Shown piece by piece: positions 18,744 to 27,594 of a DNA stretch of 64,000 nt. The stretch covers positions 6,765-70,764 of the forward strand of contig CANFQC010000005.1 of NCBI GenBank assembly GCA_947449035.1. Reading direction: 5' to 3'. Position 1 is the stretch's first letter. Each line of letters opens with the position of its first letter. Source of the stretch: Actinomycetota bacterium. GTDB taxonomy: Bacteria; Actinomycetota; Actinomycetes; S36-B12. The position numbers were made by a program, and so were the translations under genes. Below the pieces are notes generated by a model. The model was not told the origin of the DNA. It ran no database searches and was given only the letters and a program-made list of their open reading frames with translations.

Positions 18744-19687
18744 CAACTCAGGAGAAGACGCCGAAGAGCGTCGAGTCGCGCACGGCGGGACAGGGATCAT
18801 GGTGGGCCGGAATTCCCGGCATCGCCTACCTGATCGCGCTCGTGCTCGGCCCGATCGTCATCATCGTCATCTACTCCTTCCTGAGTCGAGCCAAGTTCGG
18901 CGTGGGCGTGAAGTGGGTATTCAGCGTTACGGCGTACCAGGATTTGTTCTTCGGAGAGTCACTCGCCGGCGGACGCACCTTCGACCCGACTTACCTCGAG
19001 ATCATCGGAAATTCTTTCTGGTACTCCTTGATCACCAGCGTTGCCTGCCTGGCACTCTCGATCCCGGTCGCGATCTGGATGGCTACTCGGCCTGAGCGAG
19101 TGCGCACTCTGCTGGTGTTCTTGGTGACCATCCCGTTCTGGACCAGTCTGCTCATTCGCACGTACTCGTTCATCATCATCTTGAACGACAACGGCCCCAT
19201 TAACTGGGCATTGAAGTCGCTGCACATCATCACTGAGCCGATCACGATGCTCTACACGCCGTTCGCCACTGTTCTGGGACTCGTCTACACCTTCCTGCCG
19301 TTCATGATCTTGCCCATCTACGCAAGTGCGGAACGATTCGACTTCCGTCTGGCCGAGGCGGCCTACGACCTCGGAGCAAATCGCTGGACGGTGCTCACCC
19401 GCATCGTCATGCCGTCAGTGCGACCGGGCATCGTCGCCGGCACCTTGCTCGTCTTCATCCCGGCGCTGGGATCCTTCCTCGCGCCTGAGCTCCTGGGCGG
19501 CGGCAAGACATCGATGATCGCCAACGTGATCGCTGCGCAGTTCGGCGCCTCGCGCAACTGGCCCTTCGGCGCAGCGCTTTCAGTCCTGCTTCTCGTGATC
19601 ACGCTTCTCGTGCTCGTCGTATTCGCGGTACTTGCCCGGCGTGCTTCGAAGGCCTCAGGTAATGCGAACTGGGAGTCACTCCTGTGA
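18740..19687 (+). CDS. potB: ABC importer permease, PotB type
   Basis: Six TM helices. EAA loop ([21 protein letters not shown]). GTGA overlap with potA. Confidence 0.8.
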   Translation: MTTQEKTPKSVESRTAGQGSWWAGIPGIAYLIALVLGPIVIIVIYSFLSRAKFGVGVKWVFSVTAYQDLFFGESLAGGRTFDPTYLEIIGNSFWYSLITSVACLALSIPVAIWMATRPERVRTLLVFLVTIPFWTSLLIRTYSFIIILNDNGPINWALKSLHIITEPITMLYTPFATVLGLVYTFLPFMILPIYASAERFDFRLAEAAYDLGANRWTVLTRIVMPSVRPGIVAGTLLVFIPALGSFLAPELLGGGKTSMIANVIAAQFGASRNWPFGAALSVLLLVITLLVLVVFAVLARRASKASGNANWESLL

Positions 19688-20502
19688 GCGCGCGGACCAA
19701 GCCGGTGCGAGTCAAGGGCACAGGGGAGTCGCTACGCGACTTCCCGACTTTCAAACTCGTGTCCTACCTGGTTCTCCTCTTCCTCTACCTGCCGCTCGTG
19801 CTGGTCGTGGCCTACTCGTTCAACAGCAACCGCGTCGTCACGGTCTGGAAGGGCTTCACCTTCTCGTGGTACACAAACGTGCTGGCGAACGACGATATTC
19901 AGCGAGCGCTCATGAATTCGCTACGCGTGGCGATCGTGGCCACTGTGGTGTCCGTCATCATTGCGACAGGTCTCGCCATCGGACTTCTCCGCATGCATCG
20001 TGCTGGGCGCACTTTCGCCTGGGGACTCATCGGCGCACCCCTCATCATTCCCGAGATCGTCTTCGCTATCGGTACGCTGGCGTTGTTCGTGCAGATCAGG
20101 ATTCCGCTCGGGGTCAACGCCATCACGCTCGCCCACATTGCGTTCTGCGTGCCGTTCGCTCTTCTCCCCATTCGTGCACGGCTCCGCGGAGTCGACTCAG
20201 CCGTCTACGAGGCAGCCGCTGACCTGGGTGCCAACGAATGGGTGATTTTCCGTCGCATCACCCTGCCGCTGCTGATGCCCGGCATCGTCGCCGGCGCGCT
20301 TCTCGCTTTCATCATCAGCCTTGACGATTTCATCGTCAGCTACTTCCTGGCAGGGCCTGGCGGAACAACGCTTCCAGTCTATATCTTCGGCATGATCCGC
20401 AACGCGATCACTCCGGGTGTCAACGCTCTGTCCAGCATGCTGCTCGCGGTCAGCATCCTCATCGTCATGATTTCCTACTTACTAACAAGGAAGAAGAGGT
20501 AA
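19684..20502 (+). CDS. potC: ABC importer permease, PotC type
   Basis: EAA loop (YEAAADLGANEWVIFRRITLP). Overlaps the potB stop. Confidence 0.8.
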   Translation: MSARTKPVRVKGTGESLRDFPTFKLVSYLVLLFLYLPLVLVVAYSFNSNRVVTVWKGFTFSWYTNVLANDDIQRALMNSLRVAIVATVVSVIIATGLAIGLLRMHRAGRTFAWGLIGAPLIIPEIVFAIGTLALFVQIRIPLGVNAITLAHIAFCVPFALLPIRARLRGVDSAVYEAAADLGANEWVIFRRITLPLLMPGIVAGALLAFIISLDDFIVSYFLAGPGGTTLPVYIFGMIRNAITPGVNALSSMLLAVSILIVMISYLLTRKKR

Positions 20503-20506
20503 CGGC

Positions 20507-21652
20507 ATGTCAGCAATAAGCACCAAGGGGCGCATCGGAATGCTCCTCACCATGGGCGCGGTAAGCGTGCTCGCCCTCTCTGCCTGCGGTGGCGAGACGA
20601 CCGTCGGAGGCGGAGCTTCTGCTGAGGCTGCAGCCCCCAGCGCAGCTGCCTCTGTCGCAGCGGCCGACTTCCCAACCCCTAACGGCGGTGAGCTCAATCT
20701 CTACAACTGGACCGATTACATCTCGCCCGATCTGCTGAAGCGATTCGAGACGGAGACCGGCATCAAGGTCAACCTCGACACATACGACAGCAACGAGACT
20801 CTGTTGGCGAAGCTGCAGGCGGGCGGCGCCAACTATGACGTCATCCTGCCCAGCGATTACATGGTCAAGCAGATGATCGATCTCGGATTGCTCGAGAAGG
20901 TTGCCCCGTCCACCTTCCCGAATGGTGGCGGCATCAAGCCTGAGTTCCTGGACGTCTACTTCGACCAGGGTCGCCAGTACACCGCGCCGTACATGTACGG
21001 CACCACCGGCATCGCGGTCGATCCGACCAAGACGTCACGGCCGGTCACCAGCTGGGCGGACTTCTTCTCGGCTGACAACCCCGCGGCAGGCAAGGTCGGC
21101 ACTCTGAACGATCAGGTCGAGGTTATTCACGCCGCACTTCGCGCCGTGGGCTCCAAGCCCTGCTCGACCGACAAGGCCGACTACATCAAGGTCGAAGAGC
21201 TTCTCAAGGGCTGGAAGCCGAATGTGGCCGTCATCAACTCCGACGGTGTCATCGGCCGCATGGCCAGTGGCGAGCAGACCATGCACATGATGTGGAACGG
21301 TGCTTTCACTCGCTCACAGGCCGACAACAAGGCTCTTGAGTACGTCTACCCGACCGAGGGCATGAACCTCTGGCAGGACAACTTCGCGATTCCGGTCGGT
21401 GCGCAGAACGTCGACAACGCGAAGATCTTCATCAACTGGATGATGGATCCGAAGAATATCGGCGAGGCCACCAACTTCGTCGGCTACGACAACGGCATCA
21501 CCGGTTCGTCTGAGTTCATGTCCAAGGACCTGAGCTCGAACCCGGCAGTCATCATCCCCGATGACAAGAAGGCACTCGCCACTCCGACGCCGGCGTGCCC
21601 GACAGAGGCCGTGGATCTGTACGACCAGGTCTGGACCAACTTCAAGAAGTAG
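20507..21652 (+). CDS. potD: Lipoprotein substrate-binding protein, PotD/PotF (polyamine-type) family
   Basis: Lipobox LALSAC. NLYNWTDYI and the YD..LPSDYM signature of the polyamine-binding family. The ligand cannot be inferred from sequence alone. Confidence 0.75.
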   Translation: MSAISTKGRIGMLLTMGAVSVLALSACGGETTVGGGASAEAAAPSAAASVAAADFPTPNGGELNLYNWTDYISPDLLKRFETETGIKVNLDTYDSNETLLAKLQAGGANYDVILPSDYMVKQMIDLGLLEKVAPSTFPNGGGIKPEFLDVYFDQGRQYTAPYMYGTTGIAVDPTKTSRPVTSWADFFSADNPAAGKVGTLNDQVEVIHAALRAVGSKPCSTDKADYIKVEELLKGWKPNVAVINSDGVIGRMASGEQTMHMMWNGAFTRSQADNKALEYVYPTEGMNLWQDNFAIPVGAQNVDNAKIFINWMMDPKNIGEATNFVGYDNGITGSSEFMSKDLSSNPAVIIPDDKKALATPTPACPTEAVDLYDQVWTNFKK

Positions 21653-21665
21653 TACATCGTCGATT

Positions 21666-21691
21666 GGGCGGGGGGCTTCGGCCCCCCGCCC
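21666..21691 (+). terminator. Intrinsic terminator after potD (11-bp G/C stem, TTCG loop)
   Basis: gggcggggggc-ttcg-gccccccgccc followed by ttcgtcg. This separates potABCD from the amidohydrolase/urease-like operon. Confidence 0.7.
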
Positions 21692-21715
21692 TTCGTCGCG
21701 ACATAAGGAGTGCAC

Positions 21716-23332
21716 GTGCCGATCACCCGTATCGAGAATGTCATCGTCTGGACGGGAATCCGCTCCGCTGATGGCGGTTACATCGAGGCCACCTCGGTTG
21801 CGTTTGATAGTGACGGAATCCTGGCTCTCGGCGATGCTGCGAACGCTTTGACCGTCGATCACGTCATCGATGGTGCGGGCGGCTTCGTCTGCGCAGCATT
21901 CCGAGACGGACACGTGCATGCCATCCCGGGCGGATTCGAAGGGGCGATCGCACCCGTGCGCGGCCACTCGACACCGCAGGAGATCGCTGCCGCGGTGGGT
22001 ACCTGGGCACGAGCGAATCCCGACGTTGAATGGGTGCGAGGCGAAGGCTTCGATCACACGCTCGCACCAGAGGGAATCTTCCTGGCTTCCTGGCTCGATG
22101 CAGACGTGCCTGATCGCCCCGTTGTGCTGCGTGCCACTGACTACCACACCGTGTGGGTCAATTCCGAGGCCCTACGCCGAGTGGGCTACGCCGCGGACAC
22201 TCCGCAGCCTCATGACGGCGAGATAGTCCGTAACGAATCAGGGGAGCCCGTCGGCACCCTGCGCGAATGGGGCGCCTGGCGCCCCGTGTACGACTTAATG
22301 CCCAAGATGACGCGCGAGCAGGCACTTGCAGCTCTCAGAATTGCGTCTGATGGATTTGCGGCCGCTGGCCTCGTCTGGGTTCAAGACGCCTGGATTGAAC
22401 CGCACGATGTCGACTCCTGGCTAGCGGGAGTCGATGAGGGCATTGTGGATTTCCGAGCTGACCTGGGTCTGTGGTGCGATCCGAATACCTGGCGCGACCA
22501 GCTCGATCACTTTGCGAAGACCCGTGAGCGAGTCGCGGCAGCGACGTCCGGTCGACTCTCATCAACGACGATCAAGTTCTTCGCCGATGGAGTTATCGAA
22601 TCCGGAACCGGCGCGCTGCTTGAGTCGTACTGCGATTGCCCGCACTCACTCGGCATGCCCAACTGGGATCCGCAGGAGCTCAAGCTCGCCGTAGCTGCGG
22701 TCGATGCTCTCGGCTTCAGCCCGCACATTCACGCGATTGGTGATGCGGCAGCGCGCATGGCCCTTGATGCCATCGAGTACGCCAATTCCGTGAACGGTGC
22801 ACGTGACCGCAGAGCCACCATTGCTCATACTCAGTTGGTCGACGAGGCAGACATCGAGCGTTTCGTGCAGCTCGGCGTCATTGCCAACTTCGAGCCCTAC
22901 TGGGCCAAGTTCGATGCATGGCAAACAGAACTCACTGCCCCGCGGCTTGGCCCTGAGCGCACCGATCGGCAGTACATGATCCGCACGATCCTCGATACGG
23001 GTGCGCCGATTTCCTTCGGCAGCGACTGGCCGGTCACGACGTTCGCTCCGCTCGCGGGCATCCAGGTTGCTGTCACGCGGCAGATGACCGAGGGTGACTT
23101 CCGTGACCCCTGGGTGCCGCAGGAACGCATCACCGTGGAGCAGGCCCTGGCGGCCTACACCTCCGGGGTCAGTTTCCAGGCCGGTGATGAGCGCGGTGGC
23201 GTACTTCGCCCTGGCGCCCGATCCGACGTCGTGCTGCTTGCTCGCGACCCGCGCGCAGTGCCCCCGCTGGAGATCGAAGGCATCGCGGTTGTCGGCACCT
23301 GGTGCGACGGGCACCGAGTGCACGGAGCCTGA
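21716..23332 (+). CDS. Metal-dependent amidohydrolase (Amidohydro_3 / COG1574 type)
   Basis: HxH (FRDGHVHAI), KFFADG, HIHAIGD, IAHTQL and GSDWPV, a binuclear amidohydrolase ligand pattern. AAGGAG RBS, then GTG at 21716 (the ORF is open from 21710). Confidence 0.8.
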   Translation: MPITRIENVIVWTGIRSADGGYIEATSVAFDSDGILALGDAANALTVDHVIDGAGGFVCAAFRDGHVHAIPGGFEGAIAPVRGHSTPQEIAAAVGTWARANPDVEWVRGEGFDHTLAPEGIFLASWLDADVPDRPVVLRATDYHTVWVNSEALRRVGYAADTPQPHDGEIVRNESGEPVGTLREWGAWRPVYDLMPKMTREQALAALRIASDGFAAAGLVWVQDAWIEPHDVDSWLAGVDEGIVDFRADLGLWCDPNTWRDQLDHFAKTRERVAAATSGRLSSTTIKFFADGVIESGTGALLESYCDCPHSLGMPNWDPQELKLAVAAVDALGFSPHIHAIGDAAARMALDAIEYANSVNGARDRRATIAHTQLVDEADIERFVQLGVIANFEPYWAKFDAWQTELTAPRLGPERTDRQYMIRTILDTGAPISFGSDWPVTTFAPLAGIQVAVTRQMTEGDFRDPWVPQERITVEQALAAYTSGVSFQAGDERGGVLRPGARSDVVLLARDPRAVPPLEIEGIAVVGTWCDGHRVHGA

Positions 23333-23333
23333 C

Positions 23334-24086
23334 ATGCCCCTGACTCCCGGCGAGAGTGATCGACTCCTGCTGCATCTCGAGGCCTCCCTCGCGCAGCGTC
23401 GACGTGACCGGGGTCTGCGCCTGAACGTGCCGGAAGCACGTGCGCTCATCGCGGATGCAGTGTGCGAATGGGCGCGCGACGGCCTGAGCCTGGTCGAGAC
23501 GCGTGACCGTGCAGCGAACCTGCTGAGTGCGACTGATGTATTGCCGGGGGTAGCGGAGGCACTCGGCGAAATTCGAGTGGAAGCCCGCTTCGACGACGGC
23601 ACGCGGCTCGTCGTGGTCAAGGATCCCTGCGGCCCCGCCGCAGCTAGTGATGCCCAGGTGCAAGACGCTTGGGTGCCGGTCGCGCGAGCCACCATCGAGT
23701 TCAGCAACGAGGCGCCCACCGCCATCGGCTTGACCTCTCACATTCACCTCGCCGAGGTAAATCCGCGTCTGCGACTGGATCGCTCGGCGGCCTTTGGAAT
23801 GCGCCTGGCAATCCCCACGGGGGAGACAGTGTGGATCAATGCGGGCGAGTCGATTCAGCTGCCGATGACGCCGATCGCGGGCGAGCGCGTAGTCATCGGC
23901 AACTCCGGAGTGATCGACGGGAGTCTCGACGACCCGGCCGTGCGCTCCCGAGCGCTTGAGACCTTACGCAACTGTGGCTACCTGGATGTCGTCGACGGAG
24001 TTCACGTCGGTGATCTCGCTTCAGCTGACACGGCGATCGCATCGTTGATGGCCGCACGGCGTGCTGCGGACGAGGCCACCTCATGA
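23334..24086 (+). CDS. ureAB: Fused urease gamma/beta subunit (two-subunit urease type) with a ~50-aa C-terminal extension
   Basis: Gamma-like N-terminal half (MPLTPGESDRLLLHLEASLAQRRRDRGLRLNVPEA...GTRLVVVKDP). Beta-like half (GLTSHIHLAEVNPRLRLDR..AFGMRLAIPTGETVWINAGE). The start lies 1 nt after the amidohydrolase stop (TGAcATG). Confidence 0.85.
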   Translation: MPLTPGESDRLLLHLEASLAQRRRDRGLRLNVPEARALIADAVCEWARDGLSLVETRDRAANLLSATDVLPGVAEALGEIRVEARFDDGTRLVVVKDPCGPAAASDAQVQDAWVPVARATIEFSNEAPTAIGLTSHIHLAEVNPRLRLDRSAAFGMRLAIPTGETVWINAGESIQLPMTPIAGERVVIGNSGVIDGSLDDPAVRSRALETLRNCGYLDVVDGVHVGDLASADTAIASLMAARRAADEATS

Positions 24087-25735
24087 GCCGCGAATACGGG
24101 CCGCTCGAAGGTGACACGGTAATCCTGGGTGACACCAAGCTGCGCTTGCGCATTGATTCTCGTGTTCCCGATCAAGGCGATGAGTTTCGTGTCGGCTTCG
24201 CGAAGACTGGTCGCGACGGCATGGGCCTTCGTTCACTCGGGGCCCGTGAATCGTGCGACCTGCTCATCACCAATGTCGTGGTCCTCGATCCTGTCGACGG
24301 GGTTCGAGTCGCGAGTATTGGCATTCGCGAGGGACGCATTTGCGGCATCGGCAAGGCAGGTAACCCTGACACCACTGACGGGATCGACATCGTGGTCGGT
24401 ACCGGCACAGCGGTTATCGATGGTGACGGCCTGATTGCCACCCCAGGTGGCATCGATACCCATGTGCACACTCTCAGCCCACGAGTGTTCGAGGCCGAGA
24501 TCTCCTCGGGAGTCACCACGGTGATCGGCCAGGACGCTGGCCCGATGTGGGGAGTGGGCCTTGGCTCCGCGTGGATGATCGAACGCGGCCTACGTGCCAT
24601 GGACATCTTCCCCGTCAATGTTGGGCTACTGGGGCGTGGCTCTTCCTCGCACAGTGCATCGATCCGTGAAGCGGTGAGTGCGCATGTCTGCGGACTCAAG
24701 GTGCACGAGGACACCGGCGCCACCTTGAGCACGATCGACACCGCGCTTCGAGTCGCGGATGAGTTCGACTTCCAGGTAGCACTTCACACCGATGGCCTGA
24801 ACGAGACGATGAGTGTCGAGGACACTCTGTCGGTTCTCGACGGACGAGTGCTGCACGCCTTCCATGTCGAAGGATGCGGCGGTGGTCATGCGCCAAACGT
24901 GCTGCAGCTTGCCGGAGTCGACAACATCCTTGCGTCATCGACAAACCCGACTCTGCCCTACGGAGTCAATGCAGTTGCCGAACATCTCGACATGATCTTG
25001 CTGTGCCACGGAATGAATCCGGGCAATGACAGTGACGTGCGCATTGCTCGCTCACGCGTACGTGGAGTCACGATGGCGGCTGAGGGGCGCCTGCATGACC
25101 TTGGAGTCATCGGAGTGACGTCATCGGACGCTCAGGGCATGGGTCGCGCGGGGGAGACCTGGTGGCGCACCTTCGCCCTCGCCGGAGTTCTTGCCGGCAT
25201 TGATCCCGAAGCCGAGAATTTCGCAGACGACAACGAGCGCATTCTGCGCTACCTCGCGAAGATCACAATCAATCCTGCGCTTGTTCACGGACTCGCGCAT
25301 GAGGTCGGTCGTCTGGCGGTCGGACACCTCGCCGACATCGTGCTGTGGCGCCCCGAGTATTTCGCTGCAAAGCCTCAGCTCGTCATCAAGGGCGGATTCC
25401 CGGCCTGGGGTGTCACCGGTGATCCGAATGCAAGCATCGACTCCGCGGAGCCCCTCGTACTCGGCCCGCAGTACGGCGCGCTCGGTGCAGCAGCTTCGGA
25501 TCTTTCCGTGCTCTTCTCGAATGCTGCCGCTGTCGCCGAGAGTGCCCCGCCGGTGGCGCGACGAGTAGTCGCAGTGCGCGACTGTCGCACGATCAGGGCA
25601 CATGACCTCGTGCGGCACGGAGCCGTCGGCCAGGTTCAGGTGAGTAGTGATGGCTCGAGTGTTACCTGGAACGGCGAGTCACTCACCATGGATCCCGTGA
25701 GCGATGTGCCGATCTCGCGCCTGCACTATTGGTAG
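24083..25735 (+). CDS. ureC: Urease alpha-subunit homologue, divergent at several positions that are normally invariant
   Basis: Metal ligands are retained: GGIDTHVH, GLKVHEDTG (carbamyl-Lys), HTDGLNE, FHVEGCGGGHAPN, SSDAQGMGR. ATGA overlap with ureAB. Confidence 0.85.
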   Translation: MSREYGPLEGDTVILGDTKLRLRIDSRVPDQGDEFRVGFAKTGRDGMGLRSLGARESCDLLITNVVVLDPVDGVRVASIGIREGRICGIGKAGNPDTTDGIDIVVGTGTAVIDGDGLIATPGGIDTHVHTLSPRVFEAEISSGVTTVIGQDAGPMWGVGLGSAWMIERGLRAMDIFPVNVGLLGRGSSSHSASIREAVSAHVCGLKVHEDTGATLSTIDTALRVADEFDFQVALHTDGLNETMSVEDTLSVLDGRVLHAFHVEGCGGGHAPNVLQLAGVDNILASSTNPTLPYGVNAVAEHLDMILLCHGMNPGNDSDVRIARSRVRGVTMAAEGRLHDLGVIGVTSSDAQGMGRAGETWWRTFALAGVLAGIDPEAENFADDNERILRYLAKITINPALVHGLAHEVGRLAVGHLADIVLWRPEYFAAKPQLVIKGGFPAWGVTGDPNASIDSAEPLVLGPQYGALGAAASDLSVLFSNAAAVAESAPPVARRVVAVRDCRTIRAHDLVRHGAVGQVQVSSDGSSVTWNGESLTMDPVSDVPISRLHYW

Positions 25736-25747
25736 GCCGCTGGCGGG

Positions 25748-26521
25748 CTAGCTCAGTGCGGAGCGGATAGCCCAGACGAGTTCGGTCGGCGCATCGACCA
25801 TCGCCGGGCCGTACCAGGTGAGCAGACGTCCGCTCACCAAGGCGGCGTGCGCAGCGAAGGCCTCGGGGCCGTCGTCGATGGTGAACAGGTACGGCTCATC
25901 GGGCAAGATCACTAGCTCTGTGTCAGGCACTTGATGCAGGTCCAGCTTGGGGTAGCGATCCGGGTGGAGTCCGAGTGCATTGAAGATGCCGAGCCTGCCG
26001 AGCAGTTCACCCGCATACGTATCGGAGCCGACGAACATCCAGGGCTTTCGCCAGATCGGGATGAGGGCGGTGACGGGGTAGTCGAATACCGGCTCGGGAT
26101 TCGCCCAGTTCGCGCGAGCCTGTTCGAGCCACGGCACTCTTGGCTGGCCAAGGGCCTCGAAGAGTCGCGTCATTGACGCGATGGCTTGGTCGACATTGCG
26201 AATCTCAGTGACCCACACTGCAAGCCCCGCGTCACGAAGCTCGGCAATGTGCTCGGGCTTGTTCTCCTCCTCATTCGCGATGACGAGGTCAGGTGCCATG
26301 GCAATGATCGCGGTGACATCGGGATTTTTGGTGCCACGAATACGCGGGACGTCGAGACCCTCGGGATGGGTGCACCAGTCGGTAGCCGCGATGATCGCGC
26401 CGGGCATGGTGGCCTCAACCGCTTCGGTAAGTGAGGGCACCAAGCTCACGATTCGGGTCACGTGCTCGGGGAGCATCACCTTCGCGCCGAGGTCATCGTG
26501 CAACTCACGTATGGCGCTCAT
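25748..26521 (-). CDS. Signal-less periplasmic-binding-protein-fold protein (BtuF/'helical backbone metal receptor' class)
   Basis: RIVSLVPSLTE..., PDLVIANEEEN, and a cluster-A SBP-like layout. There is no signal peptide or lipobox. Its start overlaps the stop of the threonine aldolase gene (4 nt). Confidence 0.55.
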   Translation of the reverse strand: MSAIRELHDDLGAKVMLPEHVTRIVSLVPSLTEAVEATMPGAIIAATDWCTHPEGLDVPRIRGTKNPDVTAIIAMAPDLVIANEEENKPEHIAELRDAGLAVWVTEIRNVDQAIASMTRLFEALGQPRVPWLEQARANWANPEPVFDYPVTALIPIWRKPWMFVGSDTYAGELLGRLGIFNALGLHPDRYPKLDLHQVPDTELVILPDEPYLFTIDDGPEAFAAHAALVSGRLLTWYGPAMVDAPTELVWAIRSALS

Positions 26522-27582
26522 GCACCCGTTCCTGCGACGAGAGTGGTGAGTGCCGCGACAAATGCATCGAGATCATCTGTCGTGGTGTCCCAGGAGCACA
26601 TCCAGCGCACCTCGTTGGTGGCCTCGTTCCACACATAGAACGGGGCAACTTCTTGCAGAGCGGGAGTGATCGCGGCGGGGATGAGTGCGAAAACGGCATT
26701 CGCCTCCACTGCCTGGGTGATCGTGACGCCTGGTATCCCCGTCACCTTTGCTTCCAGGTAACGCGCCATCGCATTGGAATGCTCGGCGTTTGCGCGCCAG
26801 AGATCATTCTCGAGTAGCGCGACGAACTGAGCCGAGGTGAAGCGCATCTTGCTGGCCAACTGCATGTACTGCTTGCGGATGTAACCGAGGGTCTCGCCGG
26901 CCTTGAGCTCGGGATTGAGCACGACCACGGCCTCGGCTCCCAGTGCGCCATTCTTGGTGGCACCGAAGGAGAGTGCATCAATGCCCACGTCGGTCGTCAT
27001 CTGCTTGAAGGTGCAGCCCAGTCCTGCTGCGGCATTAGCGATGCGGGCGCCATCGAGGTAGACGTACATGTCGAGTTCATGGGCCGTCGAGGTGATCGCC
27101 CGAAGCTCATCGAGGGAGTAACGCGTGCCGTATTCGGTCGACTGAGTGATCAGCACTACCCGTGGCTGCGCGTGATGGAAGTCGCCGATGCCCCAGTGCT
27201 GGGCACGAATGAGTTCGGGGGTGATCTTCGCGTCGGTGCTCGGCACCGTGATGACCTTCGAACCGAGTAGTTTCTCGGGTGCACCTGCCTCATCGACATT
27301 CACGTGAGCCGTGGTGGCGCAGATCACCGACTCCCAGGTACGCAGCATCGACTGCATGCCGACAACGTTGGCACCCGTGCCGTTGAAGACCGGAAAGACC
27401 TCTGCCTGTCCGCCGAACTCGCCGCGGATCAGCTCCAATGCGCGAGCTGTCCAGGGGTCGGCGCCATAGGAAATAGCGTGATCGGCATTGGCCTCGACAA
27501 TCGCTTCAAGTACACGTGGGTGAACCCCGGAATGGTTGTCACTGGCAAGGGAGCGCATCCCGCCACGGTACCAACTCGCCAT
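26518..27582 (-). CDS. ltaE: Low-specificity L-threonine aldolase (PLP, beta-eliminating-lyase fold)
   Basis: SDNHSGVHPRVLEAI, and the PLP-Lys region LSFGATKNGA. The start was trimmed to M86 (alternative M94 at 27558), because the longer ORF overlaps the divergent gene. Confidence 0.75.
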   Translation of the reverse strand: MASWYRGGMRSLASDNHSGVHPRVLEAIVEANADHAISYGADPWTARALELIRGEFGGQAEVFPVFNGTGANVVGMQSMLRTWESVICATTAHVNVDEAGAPEKLLGSKVITVPSTDAKITPELIRAQHWGIGDFHHAQPRVVLITQSTEYGTRYSLDELRAITSTAHELDMYVYLDGARIANAAAGLGCTFKQMTTDVGIDALSFGATKNGALGAEAVVVLNPELKAGETLGYIRKQYMQLASKMRFTSAQFVALLENDLWRANAEHSNAMARYLEAKVTGIPGVTITQAVEANAVFALIPAAITPALQEVAPFYVWNEATNEVRWMCSWDTTTDDLDAFVAALTTLVAGTGA

Positions 27583-27594
27583 TAGGCTCGATCC

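Noticed and set aside
22646-23725. 359-aa ORF on the minus strand spanning the amidohydrolase/ureAB junction
   Set aside because: It is antisense to two genes with clear catalytic motifs. Its translation is Ser/Arg/Ala/Pro-rich with no motif, which is the typical shadow ORF of high-GC DNA.
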